Shown piece by piece: positions 52,580-61,063 of a stretch of 64,000 nucleotides of DNA. Under the pieces are notes generated by a model, which was given only the letters and a program-made list of their open reading frames with translations, was not told where the DNA came from and made no database searches. Source of the DNA: Kiritimatiellia bacterium. Lineage in GTDB: Bacteria; Verrucomicrobiota; Kiritimatiellia; CAIQIC01; Lenti-01. The number at the start of each line of letters is the position of its first letter. Within the stretch, counting starts at the first letter, position 1. The position numbers and the translations under genes are program-made. The DNA lies in NCBI GenBank assembly GCA_017540905.1, contig JAFYAC010000097.1, positions 8,383-72,382 on the forward strand. Reading direction: 5' to 3'.

Positions 52580-52973
52580 CAAAACTCCGATTGGTCCGAT
52601 GCCTGCGCCAACGCTTCGGCTGACAGGAAAACAACCCGAAACAAATTGAAAGACAACTCGAAACAAATTGTCCTTCGGGCCTTCAATCGTCCCCGGATTT
52701 CTTGTCCCCGTTTGCAACCCAACGTGCCCGGCGACGGGCGCCCCATGTATGGGGCACCCGTCGCCGGACACACTTTGCGGACCAAAGAAAACAAATTTGT
52801 CCCTGTTTGTTTTCCTTTTAAAAATTGTTTTCAGTTGTTTTTCAAGTTGTCCCGAGTTGTTTTTGGGTTCTGGCTTCCGGCAAGGGGAATCGTCACCTTG
52901 AACTGGTCTTCTTCGTCCCGCCCGCAGGGGGCACCGCAAACTCGTCACTCGTCACTCGCAACTCGTCACTGCG
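52580..52973. repeat. About 400-bp composite repeat, copy B
   Basis: Collinear and highly similar to 55191-55597, with one indel of about 30 nt. It contains a 22-nt tandem (ACAAC(C/T)CGAAACAAATTGAAAG), a 22-bp-stem hairpin at 52724-52771, a GGGGAATCGTCACCTTGAACTGG gene-remnant segment and a terminal REP unit. Confidence 0.8.
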
Positions 52974-54093
52974 CTGCAGGCGCAGATTGCAAAGCCTTTC
53001 CTTTCTCCGTCAACCGGTACTTCTGCGTAGGCGAGCGCCGAGAACCGGGCTGCGTCCTTTCGACAAGTCCGAGGGCCATTGCCGGCGAAAGATATTTCTC
53101 CAGGAAATTCCGGCGTCCGCCGAGCTTCAAGGCGGCCATCATCTCCAGAACCGACATTTCACCCTTCAGCGCCTGCAAAAGACGCAGAACGAACTTGCCG
53201 GGCCCGCCGGATACTTGTTCCCCTACTTGTTCCCTTGCTTGTTCCCTTTCCGGGGGAACAAGCGGCGAAGCCCCGGCATCCAACCCGACCAGCAGGAACC
53301 GGCTTTTCAATTCGAACTCCGCGCCGCCCAGGAGGTTGGCGAAGAACCTTTCGAGATACACAAGGGTGGGATAGATTTTCTTCGGGATGTTCGAGTAATT
53401 CGCGCGGACGAGCGCATTGCGGAAGTAAAACGATTTTTCGGCGAACACCTTGTTGTCGATTCCGAATCCCAGGCTCCGCAGGTACTTGATCGCGAACACG
53501 GACGTGGTGCGGGTGTTGCCTTCCCCGAACGGATGGATCTGCCACACGTCGGCGATGAACCGAGCGAAGTGGGAAATCGTTGCGGCTTGCGACAATCCCC
53601 TGTAATCGAACTTGCGCTCCCGGCCGAACTCGTATTCGAGCGTGGCGGCAATCATGTCCGCCCCCTCGTAGCGCACGGTATCCTGCTCCAGAACCCATTC
53701 GCTTTTCGTGATGTTGTAGTCGCGGATGCGTCCGGCGTGCTTGTAGATGCCCCTGAAAAGCCGCCCGTGGATGGCAATGAACGACGCGGGGGCAAAGGAG
53801 AACGTCGGCTCCGCGAGGATTTCCGCGATGCGCTGCGCGACGATGTCCGCCTCGTCCGTGCGCGTCTTGGCGGCCACCTCCCGCACCTCCTTTACGCGGT
53901 AATACGCCCCGATCAGGCGCCCCGCCTCGGCCATCGAAATCTCGCCCTCGATGTTCCGCCGAGCCGTCTCCGCTAGATACGCGGACGTCTTCAGCCCGTC
54001 CACCTTCTGCAACCCGATGGCAGCCCCCCACAGGCCCGCCTTCTCCCGCTTGCCGGGCTCCTCCGCCCTCGAATACTCCTCGAACTCGTCCAT
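52966..54093 (-). CDS. Fic/DOC family protein with a C-terminal wHTH
   Basis: 375 aa from MDEFEEY (GGAG upstream). The Fic motif is HPFGEGNTRTTS. The C-terminal MMAALKLGGRRNFLEKYLSPAMALGLVERT segment is wHTH-like. The stop codon lies inside a REP unit. Confidence 0.85.
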   Translation of the reverse strand: MDEFEEYSRAEEPGKREKAGLWGAAIGLQKVDGLKTSAYLAETARRNIEGEISMAEAGRLIGAYYRVKEVREVAAKTRTDEADIVAQRIAEILAEPTFSFAPASFIAIHGRLFRGIYKHAGRIRDYNITKSEWVLEQDTVRYEGADMIAATLEYEFGRERKFDYRGLSQAATISHFARFIADVWQIHPFGEGNTRTTSVFAIKYLRSLGFGIDNKVFAEKSFYFRNALVRANYSNIPKKIYPTLVYLERFFANLLGGAEFELKSRFLLVGLDAGASPLVPPEREQAREQVGEQVSGGPGKFVLRLLQALKGEMSVLEMMAALKLGGRRNFLEKYLSPAMALGLVERTQPGSRRSPTQKYRLTEKGKALQSAPAAQ

Positions 54094-54197
54094 CTCGTGC
54101 TCCGCATCGTTTTGCCGTCGCAACCCTACCTTCTCCTCCCACCCCCCGCCAGCCCAAAATGCCTCCTGCCGCCCACCCTCTTTCCTCGCCTGTCGGT

Positions 54198-54292
54198 GCG
54201 TGGGCGGCCCGCCCCCCTCCTTCAATTCTCGGCCCGCAGGGCCCACTGCAAACTCGTCACTCGCAACTCGTCACTGCGCCCGCAGGGCGCTC
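54198..54292. repeat. REP-like hairpin array
   Basis: GGGCGGCCCGCCC ... GGCCCGCAGGGCC ... CAAACTCGTCACTCGCAACTCGTCACTGCGCCCGCAGGGCGC. Confidence 0.65.
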
Positions 54293-54862
54293 TCCAACGC
54301 CCTCCCCGGCGCCATGGCCCTCAACCGGCACGACCATGATGCCGTCCCGCAGGAACCGCTCGTTTCCCCGGTAGAGCAGCACGGGGGACGCCTCGGGATA
54401 ATCTTCCCGGAACGCCTTCAACCCCGCGAAGTCGCGCGGATGCAGCACAGCCGCGTTCTTGACCTCGATCGCGGCGAAATCCCGCTCGCCGTACACCACG
54501 AAATCGACCTCCACGCCCGCCTTGGTCCTCCAATACCCCAGCGTCGCCCGCCCCCCGGAGTAATCGTTCCAGACCCGCAGATGCTGGAACACGAGCCCCT
54601 CGAGCGCCGCGCCGCCGATTTCGGACGGCCGGTCGAGCGGCCCCTTCGGCCGCAACGCCCGGAACACGCCGGCATCGAAAAAGTAGAACTTTTCGTGCGC
54701 CACGAGTTCCCGCCTCGCGCGCTTGGCGAAAACGGGCAACCGCGCGGCCACCAGCAAATCCTCGAGAATTTTCAGGTAGCCGTCCACCGTCGTCCGCCCG
54801 ACCTGGCATTCGCGGGCGATGGCCGAAGACACGAGTTGCGCGCTCGACCTGTCAATCAAAAA
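54257..54862 (-). pseudogene. 5'-truncated DUF4143 ATPase gene (C-terminal half only)
   Basis: The residues from SAQLVSSAIARECQVGRTTVDGYLKILEDLLV onward parallel the C-terminal half of the 34648 ATPase family. There is no Walker A/B region. The upstream sequence is repeat DNA. Confidence 0.6.
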
Positions 54863-54955
54863 CCGCCATCGCAAATGGCAAATTTCCTTCCTTTCCGCCA
54901 ATTCGATCCCCTCTCCCGCTTTCCTATCCACGCCCCCCCTCCCCCTCTGCCCGCT

Positions 54956-55181
54956 CCGCCCGCAGGGCGCACCGCACTTCGTACTTCTTCCTTCTTCCTT
55001 GTTACTTTCTGCGGCGAGCCGAAACTGCGTCATCCGCGAAACCGATTTACCGCGCCCCGCGCGCCCGCTTTCCCGTACAAATCAACCCACCATCAACCAT
55101 CCTCTCGTTTCACCATTCGTTCCTTCCATCCTCTCCACTCGTCCCCCGGCACCCGAATCTGACAACCGCGGCCCGGCAATC
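54956..55181. repeat. About 226-bp repeat unit, copy 3
   Basis: Collinear with 51231-51456. The inner 170 bp (55013-55181) also matches 50791-50959. Confidence 0.8.
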
Positions 55182-55190
55182 CCCGAAAAA

Positions 55191-55597
55191 CAAACTCCGA
55201 TTTGTCCGATGCCTGCGCCAACGCTCCGGCTGACAGGAAAACAACTCGAAACAAATTGAAAGACAACTCGGAACAAATTGCCCTTCGGGCCTTCAATCGC
55301 CCCCGGATTTCTTGTCCCCGTTTGCAACCCAACGTGCCCGGCGACGGGCGCCCCATGTATGGGGCACCCGTCGCCGGACACACTTTGCAGACCAAAGAAA
55401 ACAAATTTGTCCTTGTTTGTCTTCCTTTCAAAAATTGTTTTCAGTTGTTTTCCAAGTTGTTCCGAGTTGTTTGAAAACAGATTTGTTTTGTTCGGCCGTT
55501 TCCGGGTTGTGGCTTCCGGCAAGGGGAATCGTCACCTTGAACTGGCCTTCTTCGTCCCGCCCGCAGGGCGCACCGCAAACTCGTCTCTCGTCACTCG
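55191..55597. repeat. About 400-bp composite repeat, copy C
   Basis: See copy B. The hairpin GTGCCCGGCGACGGGCGCCCCA-TGTA-TGGGGCACCCGTCGCCGGACAC lies at 55334-55381. Confidence 0.8.
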
Positions 55598-55736
55598 TAA
55601 CTGCGTGGCACTTGTCTCCGCGCGCCCGAAGGCGCGCCACCGCAAACTCGTTTCTCGTCGCCCGTCACTCGTCTCTGCGCGCCCTCTGGGCGCGCAAGAG
55701 GCGCCACCGCTTCTTGTCACTTGTCACTTTTCACTT
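55554..55736. repeat. REP-like hairpin array
   Basis: Contains GCGCCC-GCA-GGGCGC, GCGCGCC-CGAA-GGCGCGC and GCGCGCCC-TCT-GGGCGCGC hairpins with ACTCGT(C/T)TCTCGTC spacers. Confidence 0.7.
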
Positions 55737-55814
55737 GCCTGTCTCGCACGGCGGGCAGGGGACTGCCCGCCCCACCCAGTCCGGCAAATACGAATGTTTT
55801 GACTTCACGCTGTA

Positions 55815-56651
55815 CTAGCGGAAGCAGCGGGAGAGGAGGGCGGCGGCGGCGAATAGGAGGAGGTGGACGGCGACGATGGTGGCGCCCACCGGGGTGCCCG
55901 CCAGGATCGCCGCCAGTATGCCGGCCAGCGCGCCCAGGGTGCCCAGCAGGGCGGCCGCCACCGTAACGGCGCGGAAGGATTTGCACAGGCGCATCGCCGT
56001 AACGGCCGGGAAGACGAGCAGGGCCGAGACGAGCAGCGCGCCCGCCAGGCGCATGGATACGACGATCACCACCGCGACAATCGCCGCCGAGAGGATGTCG
56101 GTGAAGGCCGTGGAGGTTCCGGAGGCGCGCGCGAAGTCTTCGTCGAACGCCATGTCGAAGGTGCGGTGGTGCGCGAGGACGCGGTAGAGGACGACCGCCA
56201 GGGCCAGCAGCACGCACGTCAGGGTCTCGCCGGTGGTCAGGGTCAGGATGGAGACGGAGCCGAACAGGGTCGTGCAGACGTCGCCGGACAGGTTGGAAGA
56301 GGATGGAAAGAGGTTCATCAGCAGGTAGCCGACCGCCATCGCGCCGACGGACAGCATCGCCAGCGCCGCGTCGCCCCGCACCCGGGCCCCGCCCGCCCCG
56401 CGGCGGAGCAGCAGGAGGGCGCAGAGGACGGTCGCCGCCAGGCTCAGGGGCAGGTTGTCCGCGAAGGAACACGCCCCGGCGACGGCCATCGCGCCGAAGG
56501 CGACGTGCGAGAGGCCGTCGCCGATGAAGGAGAGCCGGCGGAGGACGAGCGATACGCCCAGCAGGGACGCGGAGAGGGCGATGAGGGTGCCCGCCAGGAG
56601 GGCGCGGCGGACGAAGGGATAGGAAAGGTATTCGAGGAGGGTGGCGATCAC
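55815..56651 (-). CDS. Metal (Zn/Mn) ABC transporter permease, ZnuB/TroC-like
   Basis: 278 aa from GTG 56649-56651 (VIATLLEYLSYPFVRRALLAG). It is an ABC-3 family multi-TM sequence and overlaps the upstream stop by 4 nt. Confidence 0.85.
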   Translation of the reverse strand: MIATLLEYLSYPFVRRALLAGTLIALSASLLGVSLVLRRLSFIGDGLSHVAFGAMAVAGACSFADNLPLSLAATVLCALLLLRRGAGGARVRGDAALAMLSVGAMAVGYLLMNLFPSSSNLSGDVCTTLFGSVSILTLTTGETLTCVLLALAVVLYRVLAHHRTFDMAFDEDFARASGTSTAFTDILSAAIVAVVIVVSMRLAGALLVSALLVFPAVTAMRLCKSFRAVTVAAALLGTLGALAGILAAILAGTPVGATIVAVHLLLFAAAALLSRCFR

Positions 56652-57412
56652 GGCGCGGCCTCCGGGGCGCAGGCGGGGCAGTCGCAGGGGGCGCATGCGC
56701 CGTCGCCGTGGCAGCAGAGTTGGTGCGGCAGGATGCGGTGGGGGGTGCCGGCGCCGGCGCGCTCGTAGGCGGCGTCGGGGCCGAGGCGGAGGAGGTGGCG
56801 TCCGGGCGCGGCCGCGGCCGCCAGGTCGTGCGTCACCATGGCGATGGCGGTTCCGGAGCGGTGGATGCCGTCGAGCAGCGCACGGAAGGAGGTGGCGGCG
56901 TCGGGGTCGAGCCCGGTGAGGGGTTCGTCGAGGAGGAGGAGTTGCCGCGGAGTGCAGAGGGCGCGGGCGAGGAGGACGCGCTGGCGCTGGCCGCCGGAGA
57001 GTTCGCGGTAGGGGCGCGCGGAAAGGGCGTCGATGCCGAGCAGGGCCAGCGCGCGGTCGGCGTCGGCGCGCTCGGCGCGGGTGTACCAGGGGCGCCAGCC
57101 GCGGCGGGCCTGCGCGCCGGAGAGGACGACTTCGCGCACGGAGGCCGGGAAGTCGCGCTGGAAGGAGGATTGCTGGGGAAGGTAGCCGATGGCGCCGGGC
57201 GCGCGGAGGGCGGGCGAAAGGTCGAGGTGCCCCGCGGTCGGCGGCAAGAGGCCGAGGAGGATTTTCAGGAGGGTGGTCTTTCCGGAGCCGTTGGGTCCGA
57301 TGATGCAGAGGAAGTCGCCGGGATCGATCCGGAAGTCGGGGTACCGCGGCAACGGGCGCGCGCCGCGGGTCGCGACAAGACCGGTGCACTGAAGAAGGGG
57401 GGAGGACGGCAT
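56648..57412 (-). CDS. Metal ABC transporter ATP-binding protein, ZnuC-like, with a Cys/His-rich C-terminal tail
   Basis: Walker A is GPNGSGKTT, the signature is LSGGQRQR, Walker B is LLLDEP. The tail is HQLCCHGDGACAPCDCPACAPEAAP. Confidence 0.88.
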   Translation of the reverse strand: MPSSPLLQCTGLVATRGARPLPRYPDFRIDPGDFLCIIGPNGSGKTTLLKILLGLLPPTAGHLDLSPALRAPGAIGYLPQQSSFQRDFPASVREVVLSGAQARRGWRPWYTRAERADADRALALLGIDALSARPYRELSGGQRQRVLLARALCTPRQLLLLDEPLTGLDPDAATSFRALLDGIHRSGTAIAMVTHDLAAAAAPGRHLLRLGPDAAYERAGAGTPHRILPHQLCCHGDGACAPCDCPACAPEAAP

Positions 57413-57417
57413 GGAGG

Positions 57418-58353
57418 CTAGTCGGTGAGGGATTGGAGGATCGTGAGGCAATTCCGGCCCATGGCGTCGATGTAGGAGCAGTTCTGCCAGTCGCGCGGCA
57501 GGGTCTGCATGGAATCGAGCGGGGCAATCCGCTGGTTGCGTGCGAGGGTGGCGTCGCGCACGGTCTCCGCGAGGCGGCCGGCGGGGGCTTCCAATGTGAA
57601 GATGGTCGTCAGCCCGAGCTCGTCGATCTTGCGCGCGAGGGTCGCGATGGTGCGGAAGCTGGCCGCGCTCTCGGAGGAGCAGCCGGGGAAGGCGGCGATG
57701 CAGTCGAGGCCGTAGTCGTCGGCGAGGTAGCGGAAGGGGAAGCGGTCGGCGAAGAGGAGGGTCCGGCGGGGGGCGCGGGCGAAGGCGTCGGCGTATTCGG
57801 CGTCGAGCGCCGCGAGGGAGGCGGCGTAGCGTTCGGCGCGGGCGCGGCAGGCGTCGGCGGCGTCGGGGTCGGCGGCGGCGATGGCGTCGGCAATCGCGCC
57901 GACGAGGACCTGCGCGTTGCGGAGGGAGAGCCACACGTGTTCGTCGGGGGCGGGGGGGTCCTCCTCTTCTTCCGCTTCCATGCCTTCTTCGAGGCGCTCG
58001 GTCTTGGCCTTGTCGCCGAGGGCCGCGAAGAGCGAGACGACGCGGCGGTTGGGGTTGCCGCCGACGGCGAGCGCCGCCGGCACCCAGGCGTCGGACTCGC
58101 CGCCGGTGTGGATGAAGAGGTCGCATTCGGCGATGGCCTTCAGGTCGGCCGCGGTGGGCTCGTATCCGTGGAGGTCGGCACCGGGGCGGTGGAGGAGCGT
58201 TGCGTCGGCGTCGGGGGCGACGTTCCGCGCCCAGTCCCAGGCGGGGAAGGTGGTTGCGACGATGCGCAACGGCGCCGCGGTCGCCGCCGGGGAAATCAGC
58301 GCCAGCGCGGCGGACGCGAGAAGGCTGGAGAGGATGTGGGAAAAGAGACGCAT
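57418..58353 (-). CDS. Metal ABC transporter substrate-binding protein, ZnuA/TroA-like
   Basis: 311 aa with a signal peptide. It has the cluster-9 SBP pattern (HGYEPT, DEHVWLS) with an acidic loop EEGMEAEEEEDPPAPDEH. Confidence 0.85.
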   Translation of the reverse strand: MRLFSHILSSLLASAALALISPAATAAPLRIVATTFPAWDWARNVAPDADATLLHRPGADLHGYEPTAADLKAIAECDLFIHTGGESDAWVPAALAVGGNPNRRVVSLFAALGDKAKTERLEEGMEAEEEEDPPAPDEHVWLSLRNAQVLVGAIADAIAAADPDAADACRARAERYAASLAALDAEYADAFARAPRRTLLFADRFPFRYLADDYGLDCIAAFPGCSSESAASFRTIATLARKIDELGLTTIFTLEAPAGRLAETVRDATLARNQRIAPLDSMQTLPRDWQNCSYIDAMGRNCLTILQSLTD

Positions 58354-58610
58354 GGAACGCTACGGGACTGTACAACGGACGGCGCGGGTGTCAAGCGGCG
58401 GGTGGAAACCGGGATGGCAATGCCGTCGCCGCGGGCAAGACGTTGCGGACGACGGCGGGGGGGAAGGGCGGAGGCGGCACGGGGGCAAGTTTGGGAGGTG
58501 TGGATGGGGGGAGACGTTATTGGAAATCGGATGAAATGCCAATGTTTTCCATAATATCGCGAATGGCGGACGAGGGGGCGGCGGGAGGGGAAAGGAGGGA
58601 GGGAGGGGGG

Positions 58611-59714
58611 TCAGGTGGCGGAGGGGCGTTCGAGGCGGAGGTGGGAGGAGACGAGGGCTCCGGGAGTGGTCTGGGCGGCCAGGAGGGAGAGTTCGCCGCA
58701 GAGGACGGTGGCGGCGCAGAGAAGGGAGAGGCGGCAGGCGTTTTCGCCGGGGGCGCGGGGGTCGAGGCAATCGAGGCGGCGGAGGTTTTCGGTGACGGCC
58801 GGAAGGTTCTTGCCGTTGCCGACGGTGCCGAGGATGAGGTTGGGGAGGGTGCAGGAGAAGCGGAGGTCGCCGTCGGGGGTTTCTTCGGCCAGGGTGAACC
58901 CCTGGGAGCCTTCGACGATGTTGGCCGCGTCCTGTCCGGTGGCCAGGTAGAAGGCGAGGAGCATGTTGGCGAAGTGGGCGTTGGCGGAGCGGAGCGACCC
59001 GGCCAGGGTGGAACCGGCCCAGTTCTTGCGCCAGCAGAGGTCGGCGATTTTTTTGGGGGTGGTGTGGAGGTAGCGGGCGACGAGGCGGGAGGGAAGCAGG
59101 ACTTCGGCCACGACGGATTTGCCGCGGCCGAGGAGGCCGTTGACGGCGGAAGCTTTCTTGTCGCAGCAAAGGTTGCCGGAGATGGAGCCGTAGCGGGCTT
59201 CGGGGCGGCGGGCGAGAATCCAGTCCATGAGGGCGTCGGAAGCGCGCGTGGCCATGTTGTGGCCGGAGGCGTCGCCGGTGGTGAAGGCAAATCGGGCGAA
59301 GACGAGGTGGCCGAGCTGCTCGCAATGGACGTCCTGGAGGCGGGCGAAGCGGCTGGTGGAGGCGGCGGCTTCGCGGAGCGCGGGCAGGGAGTCCTGGATG
59401 AAGCGGACCAGGTCGGCGGCGGCGGCGGCGTCCGGGGCGTCGAGGAGGATGGAGCGGGTCATGTTCTCGGCGGTGACCATGGCGCGGATGCCGCCGGCGC
59501 GGGCGGTGGCGCGGGCGCCGCGCTCGACGCTGGGCCAGAGCGGGGTCTCGTAGGTGGCCAGGGGGACGAGCCAGGAGCCGGTCAGGTCGGGTCCGGCCAG
59601 CTGCACGGGGCCGACGAAGCGGAGGGGGACGGGGAGGGATTCGGCCGGAGCGCGGTCGGGGCGGGCGGCGGGGGCGGAAGGGGCGGCGGCAGGGGTGGGT
59701 TGGGCTTGGTTCAT
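58611..59714 (-). CDS. Hydroxymethylglutaryl-CoA reductase-like protein (class I-like catalytic domain, divergent)
   Basis: 367 aa from MNQAQPT. The segments VPLATYETPLWPSVERG, TGDASGHNMATRA, LGTVGNGKNL and LVSSHL parallel the HMGR motifs PMATTEG, DAMGMN, GTVGGGT and the catalytic His. The start overlaps the upstream stop (ATGA 59711-59714). Confidence 0.75.
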   Translation of the reverse strand: MNQAQPTPAAAPSAPAARPDRAPAESLPVPLRFVGPVQLAGPDLTGSWLVPLATYETPLWPSVERGARATARAGGIRAMVTAENMTRSILLDAPDAAAAADLVRFIQDSLPALREAAASTSRFARLQDVHCEQLGHLVFARFAFTTGDASGHNMATRASDALMDWILARRPEARYGSISGNLCCDKKASAVNGLLGRGKSVVAEVLLPSRLVARYLHTTPKKIADLCWRKNWAGSTLAGSLRSANAHFANMLLAFYLATGQDAANIVEGSQGFTLAEETPDGDLRFSCTLPNLILGTVGNGKNLPAVTENLRRLDCLDPRAPGENACRLSLLCAATVLCGELSLLAAQTTPGALVSSHLRLERPSAT

Positions 59715-61063
59715 GGGGCGTCGGCTTCGAGGGCGGCGATGAGGGCGGGGACTTGGGAGGCGCGGGGGTCGGACGGGAAGCGGTGCTCGAATTCGCGGTA
59801 GACGGCGATGGCCTTGGAGGTCATGCCGAGGGGGTCGCCGTAGAGGGTGGCGAGCTCCCAGCGGGCGTCGGGGTTGTCGGGTTCGAGTTCGACGAGGCGG
59901 CGGAGGGAGATGACGGCGGTGTCGCATTCGTCGAGGGCCGCGGCGGCGCGGGAGAGGTTGAGGAGGACGAGCGGGTTGTCGGGGTCGAGGGAGCGCGCGC
60001 GGGAGAGGATCTGGAGGGCGTCGGAGGGGCGCGAGGGGGATGCGGAGAGGTGGTACTCTGCGGCTTCGAGGAGGATGGAGGGGTTGTCGGGGAAGTTGTC
60101 GAGGGCGCGGTTGACGATTTCGGCGCGCTGCGACGGGTTGTTGCCGTTGCGGGCGGCTTCGAGGGCCCGGAGGGCGCAGAGGGCCGCGGCTTCGCGGTCG
60201 CCGCGGGCGAGGGCTTCCTGGGCCTGGTGCCACTGGAGGCCGGCCTGACGGTCAGGGGAGGGGGCGGCGACGGGCGGGCGGAAGGAGTCCTGCGGGATGG
60301 TTTCGCCGCCGAGGCGGGCGGTGGCGGCGGCGGCGCGCGGGCCGTTGGGGGCGACGGCGAGGTATTGGCGGAAATAGCCGGCGGCCTGGTCGGTGAGGCC
60401 GTCGGCGGTGGAATGGAGGACGCCGAGGTTGTAGAGGGCCGGAGGGTAGTCCTTCTGCATTTCGAGGGCGGCCATGAAGTGGTTCTCGGCCTGCGGGAGG
60501 TGGCCTTCGAGCATGGCGGCGCGGCCGAGTCCGACGGCGGCGGCGGCGCAGCGGGGATCGCGCTTGCGGGCCTCGAAGTAGACGCGCTTGGCCTGGTCGA
60601 GGCGCCCGATGCGGGTCATGTGGTCGCCGATGAGGAGGAGGGCGCGGGTGTCGGTGGGGACCAGGTCGGTGGCCTGCCGCAGAAGGCGCACCCCGGCGGT
60701 GGTGTCGCCGCGTTCGAGGGCGAGCGAGCCGGCGTTGCAGAGCGGCTCGTAGGCGGAAGGCGCGGCCTCGATGGCGGAGGCGAAGGCGGCGGCGGCCTCG
60801 TTGGTCTGCCCGAGGGCCAGGCGGGCGAGGCCGAGGCGGTTCCAGAGGTCGCCGGCCAGGGCCGCGGCGGCCGGGTCGGCGGAGGGCTCGGCGGGGAGGG
60901 CGGAGAGGGCTTCCTGGAGTTTGCCGGCGGCGGCGGCGGGGCGGCCGGCTTCGAGGTCGCGCACGGCGGCCTGGAGGAGGCGGTCGGGGGTGCGGCGGCC
61001 GCAACCGGCGGCGAGGAGGCAGAGGCAGAGGGCGAGGAGGGGCGTGGCGCGGACGGTGTTCAT
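59711..61063 (-). CDS. TPR-repeat lipoprotein
   Basis: 450 aa. It has a lipobox LLAAGC, followed by multiple 34-aa TPR-like units (for example AENHFMAALEMQKDYPPALYNLGVLH). Confidence 0.8.
   Translation of the reverse strand: MNTVRATPLLALCLCLLAAGCGRRTPDRLLQAAVRDLEAGRPAAAAGKLQEALSALPAEPSADPAAAALAGDLWNRLGLARLALGQTNEAAAAFASAIEAAPSAYEPLCNAGSLALERGDTTAGVRLLRQATDLVPTDTRALLLIGDHMTRIGRLDQAKRVYFEARKRDPRCAAAAVGLGRAAMLEGHLPQAENHFMAALEMQKDYPPALYNLGVLHSTADGLTDQAAGYFRQYLAVAPNGPRAAAATARLGGETIPQDSFRPPVAAPSPDRQAGLQWHQAQEALARGDREAAALCALRALEAARNGNNPSQRAEIVNRALDNFPDNPSILLEAAEYHLSASPSRPSDALQILSRARSLDPDNPLVLLNLSRAAAALDECDTAVISLRRLVELEPDNPDARWELATLYGDPLGMTSKAIAVYREFEHRFPSDPRASQVPALIAALEADAP

Noticed and set aside
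55231-55275. Iteron-like tandem 22-mers (ACAACTCGAAACAAATTGAAAG / ACAACTCGGAACAAATTGCCC) as a plasmid-type origin
   Set aside because: There are only two units per locus. There is no rep gene, DnaA boxes or AT-rich unwinding region nearby. The segment is part of the composite repeat also present at 52.6 kb and seems derived from a degenerate TTSQ-type coding linker.
58354-58610. Zur/Fur-type operator upstream of the metal-transporter operon
   Set aside because: There is a TTGACA-N16/17-TACAGT promoter-like pair close to the start, and the TTTTCCATAATATCGCG motif further up. I found no convincing AT-rich palindrome of the Zur/Fur type, and I cannot call it without a genome-specific matrix.
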